In this document: positions 24,322 through 37,500 of the stretch, one piece after another
Position numbering within the stretch: the stretch's first letter is position 1
Layout of the letters: the number at the start of each line of letters is the position of its first letter
IMG/VR virus record: IMGVR_UViG_3300025120_000022
Direction: 5' to 3' (one strand)
DNA: 64,000 nt
Source: an uncultured virus (IMG/VR IMGVR_UViG_3300025120_000022)
Lineage: Duplodnaviria > Heunggongvirae > Uroviricota > Caudoviricetes
The notes under the pieces: model-generated
What the model saw: the letters and a program-made list of their open reading frames with translations, nothing else
What the model was told of the DNA's origin: nothing
Databases searched by the model: none
Program-made: the position numbers and the translations under genes

Positions 24322-25071
24322 ATGGCTAAAGGATTTACAGTAAAGACTGCTGCACCTACTCCGAAGAAAGTAGAAGACTTTAATTTAGAAGCAGCAAAAG
24401 AAATAATTCGTGGTAAGACAGTAGTATTCTGTCTACCTGGTAGAGGGTGTTCATATGCATTTTTGAAGTCCTTCGTACAACTTTGTTTTGATCTTGTACA
24501 GACTGGTGCAAGTATACAGATCAGTCAAGATTATAGTTCAATGGTGAACTTCGCAAGATGCAAGTGTCTTGGTGCGAATGTACTCAGAGGACCAAATCAG
24601 AAACCTTGGGATGGTAAGTTAGAGTATGATTATCAGTTATGGATTGACTCTGATATTGTATTTGATACAGAGAAGTTCTTCCGTCTTGTAGCAATGGAGA
24701 AAGATATTGCTGCTGGATGGTATATGACTGAAGATGGTCGTACTACATCTGTTGCACATTGGTTAGAGGAAGGAGACTTCCGTAATAATGGTGGTGTGAT
24801 GAATCATGAGACTGGGGAATCAATGAGTAAGCGTAAGAAACCGTTCACTGTTGATTACACAGGTTTTGGATGGGTTCTGATTAAGAAGGGCGTATTTGAG
24901 AGTCTACCTTATCCATGGTTTGCTCCGAAGATGCAAACGTTTGAATCAGGAGAGGTCCAAGATATGTGTGGAGAGGATGTGAGTTTCTGTCTAGATGCGA
25001 TTGAGAAGGGTTATGAGATTTGGTGTGACCCTGTGATTCGTGTGGGGCATGAAAAAATGCGCGTGATCTGA
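24322..25071 (+). CDS. GT-A fold glycosyltransferase-like protein
   Basis: DxD motif (WIDSDI), TGFGWVLIKKGVFE, GEDVSFC and VGHEK. Confidence 0.75.
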   Translation: MAKGFTVKTAAPTPKKVEDFNLEAAKEIIRGKTVVFCLPGRGCSYAFLKSFVQLCFDLVQTGASIQISQDYSSMVNFARCKCLGANVLRGPNQKPWDGKLEYDYQLWIDSDIVFDTEKFFRLVAMEKDIAAGWYMTEDGRTTSVAHWLEEGDFRNNGGVMNHETGESMSKRKKPFTVDYTGFGWVLIKKGVFESLPYPWFAPKMQTFESGEVQDMCGEDVSFCLDAIEKGYEIWCDPVIRVGHEKMRVI

Positions 25072-25153
25072 TGAGTTCTTACGTGCTTCTATTGTGTTAT
25101 ACTGGGTGGGGTTATAACCGCCCGTTTATTAAAAAATCGCGAAAAACAAAACT

Positions 25154-25303
25154 ATGGCTAAGATTAAAAAGTCTCTGACTGGTAATTTGATGATTGAGTC
25201 TATTCCGAAGAAGACTCGTCAAGGTTCTGGACAACATACAAAGTATGCAGCATCATCCGGTAATTCCAAACCAAAGCGTTATCGTGGTCAAGGTAGAGGT
25301 TAA
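25154..25303 (+). CDS. Small basic protein (49 aa)
   Basis: Manual translation MAKIKKSL...PKKTRQG.G.HTKY...KRYRGQGRG. Confidence 0.7.
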   Translation: MAKIKKSLTGNLMIESIPKKTRQGSGQHTKYAASSGNSKPKRYRGQGRG

Positions 25304-25328
25304 TAGATAAACTAGTTGTAAACTTTTT

Positions 25329-26006
25329 ATGTCTTGTTTGATTGCGAATCTTCCGTCACAGGAAGTCTGGGTACGTAAAGAGTATCTAACGGATCATCAG
25401 TCTGGTCATGGAGAATTCGTCAAGGGCGTCTGGGTATCGGTTAAATCGATTCCTGGGCGTGCTTTTTATTTTGAAACATACTTACCAGAGTATGCGGCAA
25501 TGTACGATAAACTGCCTATCAGTGCCTTTGTAACCGATCCTGAGACCCCTACACCTGATATGAGTCTACCTAACCTGCAATTCTGGAACTGCATGGACTA
25601 CGGGGTTGTATCAGTGGATAAGAAGTTCATTGGTTCAATGGACTTTGAGTGTTATACACGGGATCATGGTAATGTTAAGGGCACATATGTGTGTACGATT
25701 GATAATTATCATCATGATCCAGACTATGTTGATTATGCGACCAGTGAGAATCCTGCTGAACACAAGTCTCATAACTTGATTGAGTTGGAAAATGGACAAT
25801 ATGCACTCTATCCAAACAATAGACTACGCATTTATGATAATAGTTTGACGCCAGTCGAACCAAAGATGCCTGATTTTAAGGTATCAACTCAGTATTACCA
25901 GGTTGAAAATGGATTTGATCGACTTGGAATGGGTCGTGAAGATGAATATTTCTGGAAAACTGCTAAAGAACAAATAAATAACGAAAAAGAGGAGACAAAT
26001 GGGTAA
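25329..26006 (+). CDS. Conserved phage hypothetical protein
   Basis: 225-aa ORF with LPISAF, LQFWNC, EHKS and YPNNR motifs. Confidence 0.8.
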   Translation: MSCLIANLPSQEVWVRKEYLTDHQSGHGEFVKGVWVSVKSIPGRAFYFETYLPEYAAMYDKLPISAFVTDPETPTPDMSLPNLQFWNCMDYGVVSVDKKFIGSMDFECYTRDHGNVKGTYVCTIDNYHHDPDYVDYATSENPAEHKSHNLIELENGQYALYPNNRLRIYDNSLTPVEPKMPDFKVSTQYYQVENGFDRLGMGREDEYFWKTAKEQINNEKEETNG

Positions 26007-26220
26007 CTCACCAGTTGATAGAGACACAAATTACATGAAAGATACATGGGGAACGACCAGTTTGGTTACAGATCACTGGTCACTTCCTGGTGAATCACCT
26101 CAGGAGACTCCTGTTGAGTTGAAAGAGGTGTTAAATGATGAAGCAAAACCTATCGAGGGTGCTAAAAAACAAGTACTTTCTGAAGAATCATATTACGATT
26201 CAATTCCAAATCGTTACTAA
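25999..26220 (+). CDS. Hypothetical protein
   Basis: GGAG SD, preceded by ATAAATA. Confidence 0.7.
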   Translation: MGNSPVDRDTNYMKDTWGTTSLVTDHWSLPGESPQETPVELKEVLNDEAKPIEGAKKQVLSEESYYDSIPNRY

Positions 26221-26256
26221 CCATTATAGATACTATGTCGAAGTGTATCAGAACAG

Positions 26257-26655
26257 ATGCCATCTAAGCGTTCACGTAGTTTTAGGGATATCAGTCTATC
26301 TTTTAAACGTCATCCCATAACAAACGATGTAACAATTCTGAAAAATGAAGATGCAATTAAAAAATCTATCATAAATCTTGTCCGAACCAAAATTGGAGAG
26401 AGATTTTTTAACGATATTTTAGGAACATCTGTTGGCGATACACTTTTTGAATTAGATACATTTGATAATGATATATTGAGGGAAGAAATTATTACATTAT
26501 TGAAAAATTATGAACCTAGAATCGAACTGACCAACGTTTTTACTGAGACTCAGACCGATACTAATGATTTATTCATTCAAATTGAGTATGACATCGTTGG
26601 ATTACCACTTCCTACACAATTTATAGAGTTTATCTTACAACCTTCCAGGGTATAA
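26257..26655 (+). CDS. gp25: Baseplate wedge subunit
   Basis: DISLSF..HP, AIKKSIINLV.T..GERFF and YEPRI motifs; synteny. Confidence 0.9.
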   Translation: MPSKRSRSFRDISLSFKRHPITNDVTILKNEDAIKKSIINLVRTKIGERFFNDILGTSVGDTLFELDTFDNDILREEIITLLKNYEPRIELTNVFTETQTDTNDLFIQIEYDIVGLPLPTQFIEFILQPSRV

Positions 26656-28565
26656 TGGCATTCAATCAGTTTACCAATCTCGATTTTAATGATATCCGAG
26701 AGCAGATAAAGGATTATCTGAGGTCGAATAGTAATTTCACGGACTTTGACTTTGAAGGATCCAACTTTTCGGTCCTAATCGACACGTTAGCATATAATTC
26801 ATACGTTACTGCCTATAACACTAACATGGCAGTGAACGAATCGTTCATTGATAGTGCGACATTAAGAGAGAATGTCGTATCTTTAGCAAGAAATATTGGA
26901 TATGTACCTAGATCGAAGAAAGCAGCAGCAGCAAGAATCACTTTTAGTGCAAGTGTAAATGCTAGATCGGTTATATTGAAGAAAGGTGTTGTTGCACTGG
27001 GTGGTGCAAACAACTCAAACTACATTTTTTCGATTCCAGAAGACATTACAGCATCTCCAAACTCTTCAGGAGTTGTAACATTTAGTAATATTGAAATTTT
27101 TGAAGGAAATTTACTGAAAAAAACATTTTTTGTGAATGATTCCCAACCAGATGCAAAATATATCCTACCAAACAGCAATATTGACACTTCCTCCATCCGT
27201 GTTCAGACCGTTGGAACTGCGGTGGAGGAATATGCACCATATACAAATATTTTTAACGTCGATGCTGATACTCGTTTGTATCTTATTCAGGAAATTGCGG
27301 ATGAAAAATACCAAATTCTTTTCGGAGACAATATTTTAGGTAAAAAACCACCCAATGGAAGCAAGATTGAAATCACCTATATTGAAACCACTGGTGCCGC
27401 AGCAAATGGTGCAAGTAATTTTACATTTTCTGGTCAATTAGTTGCAAAAAGTGAAGGAAGAGATAGAAATGTAACAAATAATATCTCTGCCATAACGACC
27501 CTACAAGCGGCAGAACAGGGTGATGAGATAGAAAGTATTGATACCATCAAATACCTTGCTCCTAGGGTCTATGCATCGCAGTACAGAGCAGTCACTGCCA
27601 ATGATTATACTAGTCTGATACCTTTTCTGTATCCCAATGTTGATTCTGTCTCGGCATACGGTGGTGAAGAACTAGATCCTCCAGAATACGGCAAAGTTTT
27701 TATTACAGTCAAACCTAAAAATGGTGATTTCCTCTCCGACGTGGCAAAAAACACGATTAAGAGTAAATTGAAGGAATACACCATTGCTGGTATAAGGCAA
27801 GAGTTCTTGGATCTGAAATATCTGTATGTGGAGTATGATAGTACGGTCTCATATGATCCAGGATCTATTACAAGCACTGAAGACCTGTATAGTAGGGTTA
27901 CAAATGCAATTGTAAATTACTCTAAGTCAACTGATATTAATTCTTTCGGTGGAAGATTAAAGTATAGCAAACTTCTTCGTCAGATTGATAATGTTGATAG
28001 TGGAATTACTTCAAATATCACTAATCTTGTGATGAGAAGGAATTTAGTTCCTGCATACGACAGTCTTGCCAATTATGAACTCTGTTATGCAAATAAATTT
28101 CATGCTGAGGTAGAAGGTTTCAATATTAGGTCATCTGGATTTAAAGTTTCGGGTATTACCGAAACTCTTTTTCTGACTGATGTCCCTGATACTAATATCA
28201 CCATTCCGGGAAGACCAGTTCAAGTAGCACCAACGACTGGATCTATATCAGTCATCAAATTTAATCAAAGTAATGAGATTATTACTGTTATTGGAAGTGC
28301 TGGAACTGTTGACTATGTAAAAGGTGAGATCATTCTCTTCCCAATTAGCATTTCATCGACTTCACTGCCCAATAGAATTGAAATTGGAGTCACACCCGAA
28401 TCGAATGATATTATTGCAAAAGAGAACCTTTATATTGTCCTAGATACTACAGGAAAAAGTGTTTTAACACTTAAGGAAGATTTAGTTACTTCTGGGTCAA
28501 ATAGATCGAGTTCAAACTATGTTCCTCCTTCAAGTTACACTAGCAGCACGAAATTTACTCGATAA
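26655..28565 (+). CDS. gp6: Baseplate wedge subunit
   Basis: LDFNDI, DFDFEGS, LAYNSY, LARNIGY and RAVTANDY motifs. Confidence 0.92.
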   Translation: MAFNQFTNLDFNDIREQIKDYLRSNSNFTDFDFEGSNFSVLIDTLAYNSYVTAYNTNMAVNESFIDSATLRENVVSLARNIGYVPRSKKAAAARITFSASVNARSVILKKGVVALGGANNSNYIFSIPEDITASPNSSGVVTFSNIEIFEGNLLKKTFFVNDSQPDAKYILPNSNIDTSSIRVQTVGTAVEEYAPYTNIFNVDADTRLYLIQEIADEKYQILFGDNILGKKPPNGSKIEITYIETTGAAANGASNFTFSGQLVAKSEGRDRNVTNNISAITTLQAAEQGDEIESIDTIKYLAPRVYASQYRAVTANDYTSLIPFLYPNVDSVSAYGGEELDPPEYGKVFITVKPKNGDFLSDVAKNTIKSKLKEYTIAGIRQEFLDLKYLYVEYDSTVSYDPGSITSTEDLYSRVTNAIVNYSKSTDINSFGGRLKYSKLLRQIDNVDSGITSNITNLVMRRNLVPAYDSLANYELCYANKFHAEVEGFNIRSSGFKVSGITETLFLTDVPDTNITIPGRPVQVAPTTGSISVIKFNQSNEIITVIGSAGTVDYVKGEIILFPISISSTSLPNRIEIGVTPESNDIIAKENLYIVLDTTGKSVLTLKEDLVTSGSNRSSSNYVPPSSYTSSTKFTR

Positions 28566-28568
28566 GAA

Positions 28569-31500
28569 ATGTCAGATAGTAAAGTAAAAATCTCTAATAT
28601 TCTGGAAAGTCAACTTCCAGAATTTATTTTAGATGACAATCCGATTTTTAAAGACTTTTTGGAGCAATACTATCTGTCTCAGGAAAGTGAGTATGGAACA
28701 GTAAGTCTTGCCGAAAATATTACGGATTTAAAGAATATTGATAGTTTTGTAAATCTTAAATTTACACAAACTACGCCAAAACTGACTAAATTTACTGGAA
28801 ACAATGATGATGTTATTGAAGTCACCAATCATTTAGGATTTTTACCGAAAAACGGACTTGTAAAGATTGAAAATGAGATTTTTACATATACTGGCAAAAC
28901 TTCTTTTGCTCAGAAGGTTGCTGGATTTGACCTGAATGGCAATACCATCAAACTGACATCTACTGTTGGATTAGAATCGTTTAGAGCACAGACTATCATT
29001 TTTGATACATCATTTTCGACTATTGTTGCTGGTCAGGTTTATTATGTAAGTGAAGTTATAGATTCAAACACTATTACAATTTCTGATAATGAAAATGCTC
29101 TTGATGATATATTGAACCTTGATGGATCCAACCCAGTAGGAGCAACACTTCCTACTGTTACCAATTTTGCCTTTACTGGATGTATCAGAGGTTTTTCTGG
29201 TATCGATAATGTCAGTAATGGTGAATTTTTAAATTTCACTTCCAGTCAGTCTGGATTTCATGATGCAGGAGCACCTCTTACTAATCTTGGTTTAGTATTT
29301 TTAGCAGAATTTTTCAGAAAGTATAAAAAGTTATTTTTACCAGGAATTGAGGACAGACAGTTCCAGAGCGTTAATATTGATAATATTCTCTCAAGGGCAA
29401 GGGACTTCTATAGTTCAAAGGGAACCGACACATCATTGAAGATTCTTTTCAGTGTTTTGTTTGGAAAATTTGTTGAAATTGTAAAACCATTTGATAATAC
29501 AATTCGAGCATCATCTGCTGAGTTCTCACTTTCAGATATTTTAGTGGTCGAAACTATCAGTGGGGATTCAACTAAACTAGCAGAAACGACTGTATTGCAA
29601 GGATCAACCGATACTCCAACTGCAAAGGGTGTTATTTCAAGAGTTGAACCTGTGCTCTCAAATGGAAAGTATTTTTATAAGTTATTCTTTCCCAAAAATA
29701 CGATTGAAAATACATTCAATGTCAGTAAGAAGACCAAAGTTTTAGGTATTGGTATTACAGATACAACTCTGACTGTAGATTCCACTATTGGATTCCCAGA
29801 AAATGGTTCATTCCTTAATCCCGATAATGATGGGTTAACAGCAGTCACATATACTGGTAAGAGTGCCAATCAATTCTTTAATTGTGTAGGACTGTCTACT
29901 ACCCTTGTAGAGAATGATCCTATTACTGATGGAAACTATATTTTTGGTTACGAAGACAATGATATTTCCAAACTCGTTACAATGCGAATTGTTGGCACCA
30001 TTGTAGGAGTTGCAGATAATAAAAATACTACAAGTCAGTTCAGAAAGGGAGATGTGCTGTCTGTAAAACACCTTGGCGAGAAGGTAAACGAAGAAGACGT
30101 AAGATTCAACAGATGGTTCTACAATAATGTAGTAATTACTCATGTTGATAGTGTTATTGGATCATCTTCTCTTAAAACTGTAGTTGATCACCATTTAAAT
30201 CTTGGAGATAAAGTAGATATTCTATTGATGAATGATAAGAGTGTCAAAGAAACAAATTGTACAGTTAGTGATGTAATCAATACAAAGCAATTTTCGGTCA
30301 CCGGAAATAGTCTTTCTTTTGATATAAACACAAGGTATATCATCAAGAAAAAACTTGACTTTGCAAGTGTAAATTTCAATAAGGATGGCATTTTATCAAA
30401 TATTCAAAATACCTTTGTTGATGTAGAAAAGAACGCATATGTTGCATTCTCGGGTCTTCCTGGTTACAATAACGTAACAGTTACTGACAGATCTAAGACA
30501 TTCTCTGGTAGTAATATAAACACAACTGATGGCGCAATTACTATCAGTAATCATAACTTTAAATCTGGTGAACAATTATACTATCAATCAATTTCTGGAA
30601 CTTCCGGTATTTCAACAGGAAATTATTTTGCTTCTATAATTGATACAAATACCATAAAATTAGCATTCAGTCGTGCTGCTGTTAGTAATCAAATTTATGT
30701 TAATATTACTGACAGTGAATCCACCAGTGAGCATAAATTGATTCCATCTTCCCTATTTGGAAAGAATATAGTTAATCAGAATAATTTTAAAAGAATTAAT
30801 AGAATACCAAAACAAGCACTTGATCATAAAGATATTGTTGGACCAATCGGTCTTTCTCTGAATGGTGTCGAATTACACTCACCAATTTCAAACGATTCGA
30901 TATTCTATGGTCAGATAGACAAAATTAATATTTTAAATTCTGGAACTGATTATGATGTTATAAATCCACCACAAATTAGAGTTGCAGATACTAATGGAGG
31001 CAATGGTGCTACTTTTATAGGACAATTCAAAGGAAAAGTTGAAGATGTCGTTCTTACTTCTTCTGGTTTCAATTTTAAAGGTACTCCTTCTGTAACAATC
31101 TCTGGAGGAAATGGAACAGAGGCGATTGCTGAAGCAAGAATGAGAGGATTGACTTATACTGTCACTTTTGTTGATAATGCACGAACTCAAAATTCCGATA
31201 CAATCAATATACCAGGACATAGATTCTCAGACGGAGAAGAAGTTGTATATTCTAGTTCAGGAACTCCCATTGGTGCTGGTAGTACTTCTGTTGGATTTAG
31301 TACAACCAGACTGACATCTGGTGCAGTATATTTCATTGCGAAGATTGATGATGATCATGTTTCACTTTCTGTTACAAAGGAAAAGGCATTATCTAAAACT
31401 GTAATTAATATGAATGCCTTTGGAAATGGCACTCATAAATTTACATCAAAAGTAATTAGAAAAATTATTGATAGAATCAATATTATAAAATCTACTGATG

Positions 31501-34500
31501 ATTTCTCCAACAAGAGAGTAGTTGTAGATGCCGTAGCATGGCCACCAGCAAATCAGAAGGATATTTATAGTTCTTTCGTTGGGGTCAACATTGGATCCAA
31601 TTATATCTATGCAAGAAATCATTCTTTCAAAACTGGTGAGAACTTAGAGTATTCATTTGATGGTACTGCTATTGGTGGAATATCGACAGCGGTAAATTAT
31701 AAGGCAACTGTTCTGGATGAAGATAGATTCATTCTAAGTGAAGCAGGAACAGCAACCACTATCAGTAGTGTAAATTTTGATACAAAAACATATGTAAACT
31801 TTACCAGCGTGGGTGTAGGTACACATACATTTAAGTACCCGGCAATATCTATTACAATCAATGGTGTTGTTTCTACTGGAGATACTAGCGTCACTCCTTC
31901 ATACTATAAATCTATTGGCGTTCCTGTGGTTCGTGGAAGTCTTGATAACGTATTCATTAGAAATGGCGGTGGTGGATATGGTATACCCAATGTAATCAAC
32001 TATCAGAGAGATCTGGATATTGAGGTTCAGACAGGAAGAGAAGCAGATGTTAGAGCAATTGTTGTTGGTGGAAAGTTAACTTCAGTATATATTGCAAATT
32101 CGGGTTTAAATTATACATCTCCTCCAGCAATTAATGTTGTTGGTTCAGGTAGGTTGGCAGAACTCAATTCTACTATTGTAGATGGTGCTATCACAGCAAT
32201 TGATATTATTAATGCTGGTATTGGATATGACGAAAATACAATAATCGAAGTGATTCCATCTGGTGTGGATGCAAAGTTGAATGCCGAAATTCATGAATGG
32301 AAATTTAATAATGTTGAAAGGTACAACAAAGTACTTGAACTCGATAATGCCGCAATACCCAAAATAGATAGACTTAATAGAGAATTAGTTCAAATCAGTT
32401 CCGGAACTGATCTGAACGAATCTAAGGTAGTTGCTTTCTATCCTGGAGCATTTTATCGTCAACTATTAGGCGATAATGTTGATTCTAATGGAGATGAAAT
32501 TATCACAGGTTTTTCCCATTCTCCAATACTTGGATGGGCATACGATGGCAATCCAATCTATGGTCCATATGGTCATGCAATTCCACTTTTTAAAGATGGT
32601 CAAAGTACTGGTGGAAATAAGAAAATCTTTTCAAGTTATGAAATTGATTCAGAAACTGTCGGTACACTCAGACCATCTGGATTTGTTGAGGGATCTTTCA
32701 CACAAGATTATCTATATAAAGCAAGTGGTGATCTTGACGAATATAATGGAAGATTTTGCAAAACTCCAGAATTTCCCGAAGGGACATATGCATACTTCTC
32801 TAGTCTAGATTTTAGTGGCAATCTTGCATATCCATACATTACAAAGTCACATTATAATCAAACCGACTTATTCAACTATGACAATACTATTGATCAACGT
32901 GATTCAATTTTGAATGATGGTTCTTACAAAAGAAATGTAACTCACCTTGGAATAAATGAGTTGTCTAGAGAATATCCATTCTTACAAGATTCTATATCAT
33001 CTAAGGTAGAAGTTGTTGTAGATGCGGTTAAATCTTCTAGAATAGATGATGTTGATATACTTAAATCTGGTATTAACTATAAGGTTGGTGAACAAATCAA
33101 TTTCAATGAACCATCAATTGACGTAGAGGTTGAACAAGTTATAGGTGAAAATATTGTTTCTATCGGAACTAGTGATGTTGTACTAAAAAATACCATTTTT
33201 AGTGTGATAGGCAATGTAGTAACTGGTGTTACTACAATTCCACATGGTTTTCTTGATAGTGATATTATTGAAATTTCTGGTATTGGTTCTGCAACCTATA
33301 AAAATATTGAAGGTTTTAGAACGATTGGGGTAGGTACAGTTCTAACCAATATGAAAGTTGCTGTTGCCGCTACTACGACAACAGGTATCAGCACTGTAAT
33401 TTCACTACAAGCTTCTACGTTTACAGAAAGATTCGTAGAAGATGATATTATCAAGGTTGGTGGTGAGTTAATGAAAATTGTCGGCGTTGATACCGTCAAT
33501 GACAGATATAGAATTACAAGAATTGTCAATAATAGCACTGCTAGTACTCACTCTATAGGAGATTTAGTAGTTAAGCAACCACAGACGTTTAATTTTCTTC
33601 TTGATAAAAAGTTAGAAAATAAGAATTTAAGTCTTCCATACAAGCAAAACTTTGAAGTTTCTGCTGTTGGTATAGGTTCTACTTATACTTCAATTGTTGT
33701 TGGAGTTGCTGGAAGCACAAATATCACAGTTTCGATTCCACCAAATGCAATCTATCTGAGAAATCATCAGTTTAAAACTGGTGATGAACTGAGTATTACT
33801 TCTATTGGAGGTACAATTCGTGCTGCTACAACTGCTTCACTTTCTCCTTTCTTTGATATTTCTACAACTAATCTCTTTGCAGTCAATGTAGGAACTGATT
33901 TTATTGGAATTTCAACCTCTAAGGCATTCGTTGGAATTAATTCCACTCTCTTCTTCGTCGATGCTTCTAGTGGAAATAGTCATACATTATCACAGGTAAA
34001 GGATAATATTACGGGTATTGTTAAGAAGGTATCTGCTAGGGTTGAGACTACTGCAGCACATGGAGTACAAAAAGGAGATGACGTTAGGTTACATATAACT
34101 CCTAATGAAGTTCAACAGTTCGTATTTAAGTTCAATCCAGTTCTAAAAAAACTGGTTGTTAATCCTAAAACTTTTGCTCCTGCTGGAATTGTAACTGCAA
34201 CTACATCGGAAATTACAGCAGTAAATCACGGATTAAAAACCGGTGATGTTGTTGCTTATGTAAATGCTGTTGGTGTTGCAACACCTCTTCAGAGCAATAG
34301 AGAGTATTATGTAATTAAGATAAGCAACGACAGATTTAGACTTGCAGAAAGAGATTTTGATGCAAGAGCATTCCCCTATCAAAACATTACTATAACTGAG
34401 CAGGGACATGGAACTCATGAAGTTTCAAAAATAAATCCAAAGTTAGATGTTATAAATGGTGGAAAATTTGCAATTAATACTGGAGATACAAGTCTCTCTG

Positions 34501-37500
34501 GATTTGATATCAATTTTTATAACGATAGAGAGTTCCAATCTAGATATGAATCTACTTTGATCACGAGAGACGGAATTATCGGTGATGGTAGTCCTACCAC
34601 ACAGATTATAATTGATATCAACAAAAATCTTTCATCTAGTTTCTATTACAGACTTGAAGGAGATGATACCAAATACACAGATACATATCCAACATCTACA
34701 GATGTAAGTGTAGAGAATTATTCCAATATCCGCATAGTAGACTCCAAGTTTAATCAAAACTATAAAGTTGCCTCAATTGGAGTAGGCACTGATTACTCCT
34801 TTGGATTTACTTTAGTTGGGTCTGCCGAGACAAACTCATATACTCCTGCAGGATATAGCACTGGATTCTATTCCACTAGTTCCCCAACTGCAATTGGTGG
34901 AATTCATTCAACTAAAATTATAAATGGTGGCGTCAATGTTAAAGATTTTCCAGCAATTACATCCATAGGAACTACTACAGGAGTTTCTGCAGAACTGCAG
35001 TTAAGTAACACAGAAATTGGTAAAATTATAGATGGGACAATTTTCTACTCTGGAATTGAATTCTCAGAAGATAATACTATCAAACCAAAAGCAGATAGTC
35101 CTCTTATTTTGAAACTTAAGAATATTAAAACATTGAAAACAGTTGGTATTGTTACTGCTGGAAATGACTATAATGTTCCACCAAAAGTAATTGCAATTGG
35201 AAATGATAATATCATCACCAAATCGACACTTACAGGTGGTTCTGTTGGTGAAGTTGAAGTTATTAGTAGTGATAGTAACTTAGAAGATAATCTCAAAATT
35301 ATTGCAACTAATAACTCAAATGGAGTTGGTGTTATTGGCGCTAATTCTTCTAATGGTGTAAATGAACTTCTCCTTAGAGCACCAAATATTGGATTTGGAA
35401 TTACTAATCCGTTCCCATTCAATATTGGAGACAAAATTTTTATAGAGAATGTTCAGATCACTAATCCTGCTCTTGCAGATGGTTATAATTCAAGCGATTA
35501 TAATTACCAATTCTTTGAAGTGACTGCTCGCAATACTGCTAGTGGAACTGAAAGTATCAGTTATAATATTACTGGTTTAGGTGTTACCGGTGGTACTTAT
35601 AATATTGCTCAGAATGCACAATTCGGTAGAATTATCAAGGTAAGTGATCTTGCAACATTTATTCCGGAATTCCAATCTGTAAGATTTATAGAAGGTGAAA
35701 AAATTGTTGATATTAACGATCCAAATGTATTTGGTGTTGTATCAAAGAATGGTTGGGATGAAGAATCAAGTATATTGAGACTCAATGAAGTTATTGGTAA
35801 ATTTACTGAAACATCAGTTATTCGTGGTATTATAGGTAACTTTAAGGCAACTATTTCAGAAGTAAATGAATCTGATTTTGATTTAAATGTAGGAAGTGTT
35901 TCATCTGATAATGGAATATGGACGAATGATATTGGCAAATTGAATGATAATCTTCAGAGACTTCATGACAATGATTATTATCAAAAATTCTCTTATAGTA
36001 TTCGTGGCGAAATTGAATTGGATAAGTGGAAAGAGTCTGTGAATAGTCTAGATCATACTGCTGGTTACAAGAATTTTTCAGATTTACAAATTATTACATT
36101 ACCAGAAAGGGGGGCAAATGTAAAACAACCTGAACAAGAACTCAACCTTAACGTTGAAATTAATAGTAATTCATCAGTACATACGAGAATAAGTTATGAT
36201 CTTGCATCTGAAGATACAGATTCAACAAGTCTTTCAAAGATTATCAAATTTGACTCTAAGATAATTACTGACTATAACGAATCTAGAACTAATAAAGTTT
36301 TAATGATAGACGATATTAGTTCTCAGTTTAATGGAGTTGGAAACTCTGCTGGCCAACTTGTTGGTCTGAGCACTTTCGCTATATTCAACAATAACAATTC
36401 ACTACTTCACTATTCGATAAATCCTACAACTGGTGTTGCTGCCAGCACAATTACAATTACAGATCATAACTTTAATACCGGTGAAGAACTTGTATATGAC
36501 CCAACAAATGCTGGTATCAATACTGGATCTTCTATGAGCATCACATCTATTAATGTTCCTGGTATTGGTGTTACTAATCTTCTTCCTGAAAAAGTATTTG
36601 CAATTAGAATAAGTAACAATGAATTTAAAGTTGCTGTTGCTACAACAGAAGCATTTAATGGAAATCATGTAACATTTACCAATAGAACTGGAATTGGTCT
36701 CACTCAGTCATTCTCAACAGAGGGTGATCTTGCAACCACTAGAAGTATAATCACGATTGACAATATCATTCAAAGTCCTATTGCAGTAAAACCAGTAGGA
36801 GTTGCTATCACTATGTCAGAGTCTGTTGGAGTTGGTTCAACTCAAATTACAGTCAGTAATATATCAAAGATTGCAGGTAAGTCTCTACTTCGATTTGGAA
36901 CTGGAGAAATCGTTAAAGTTGATTTAGTGGGAGCAGGCAATGTCCTTAATGTTCAGCGTGGAGTAATGGGTACTGTTGCCGCAGCATATACTGTTGGCAC
37001 CGCCAGTAGCGTCGTCTCAGGCGATTATAGAATCAAACAAGGTAAGATTTATTTAAGTGACGCACCATATGGACCTGCAGGTATTGGATCTCTACCAACT
37101 CGGTCGAATTTTTCGGGCAGAATTTTCTATAGATTAACATACAATGAAAATACAATTTTCGATGATATCTCGGATTCATTCAATAGTACTACTGATCAAT
37201 TTGCAATAACCAGTAGTGGTGTTGCAGTAACTGGTATTACTACTAGTCATGGTGCAGTCCTAATCAATAATATTTTCCAAAAACCATTCCTATCACCAAT
37301 TGGTTCTGTCTTGGTCTCTAATTATGAGATTAAGAAAACTATTAGTGGAGAAGATATTGATTTCAGCGGAACTGCAGTAGTTGGAGATCTTCCTCACGGC
37401 GGCATAATCAACGAGTTTATAGTTGGAGTTGGTAGTGGATATCAATTCCCAACTCGTGCTATTGGTGCTGCAGTTGTAAATGGTTCTGGTGTAATCACAG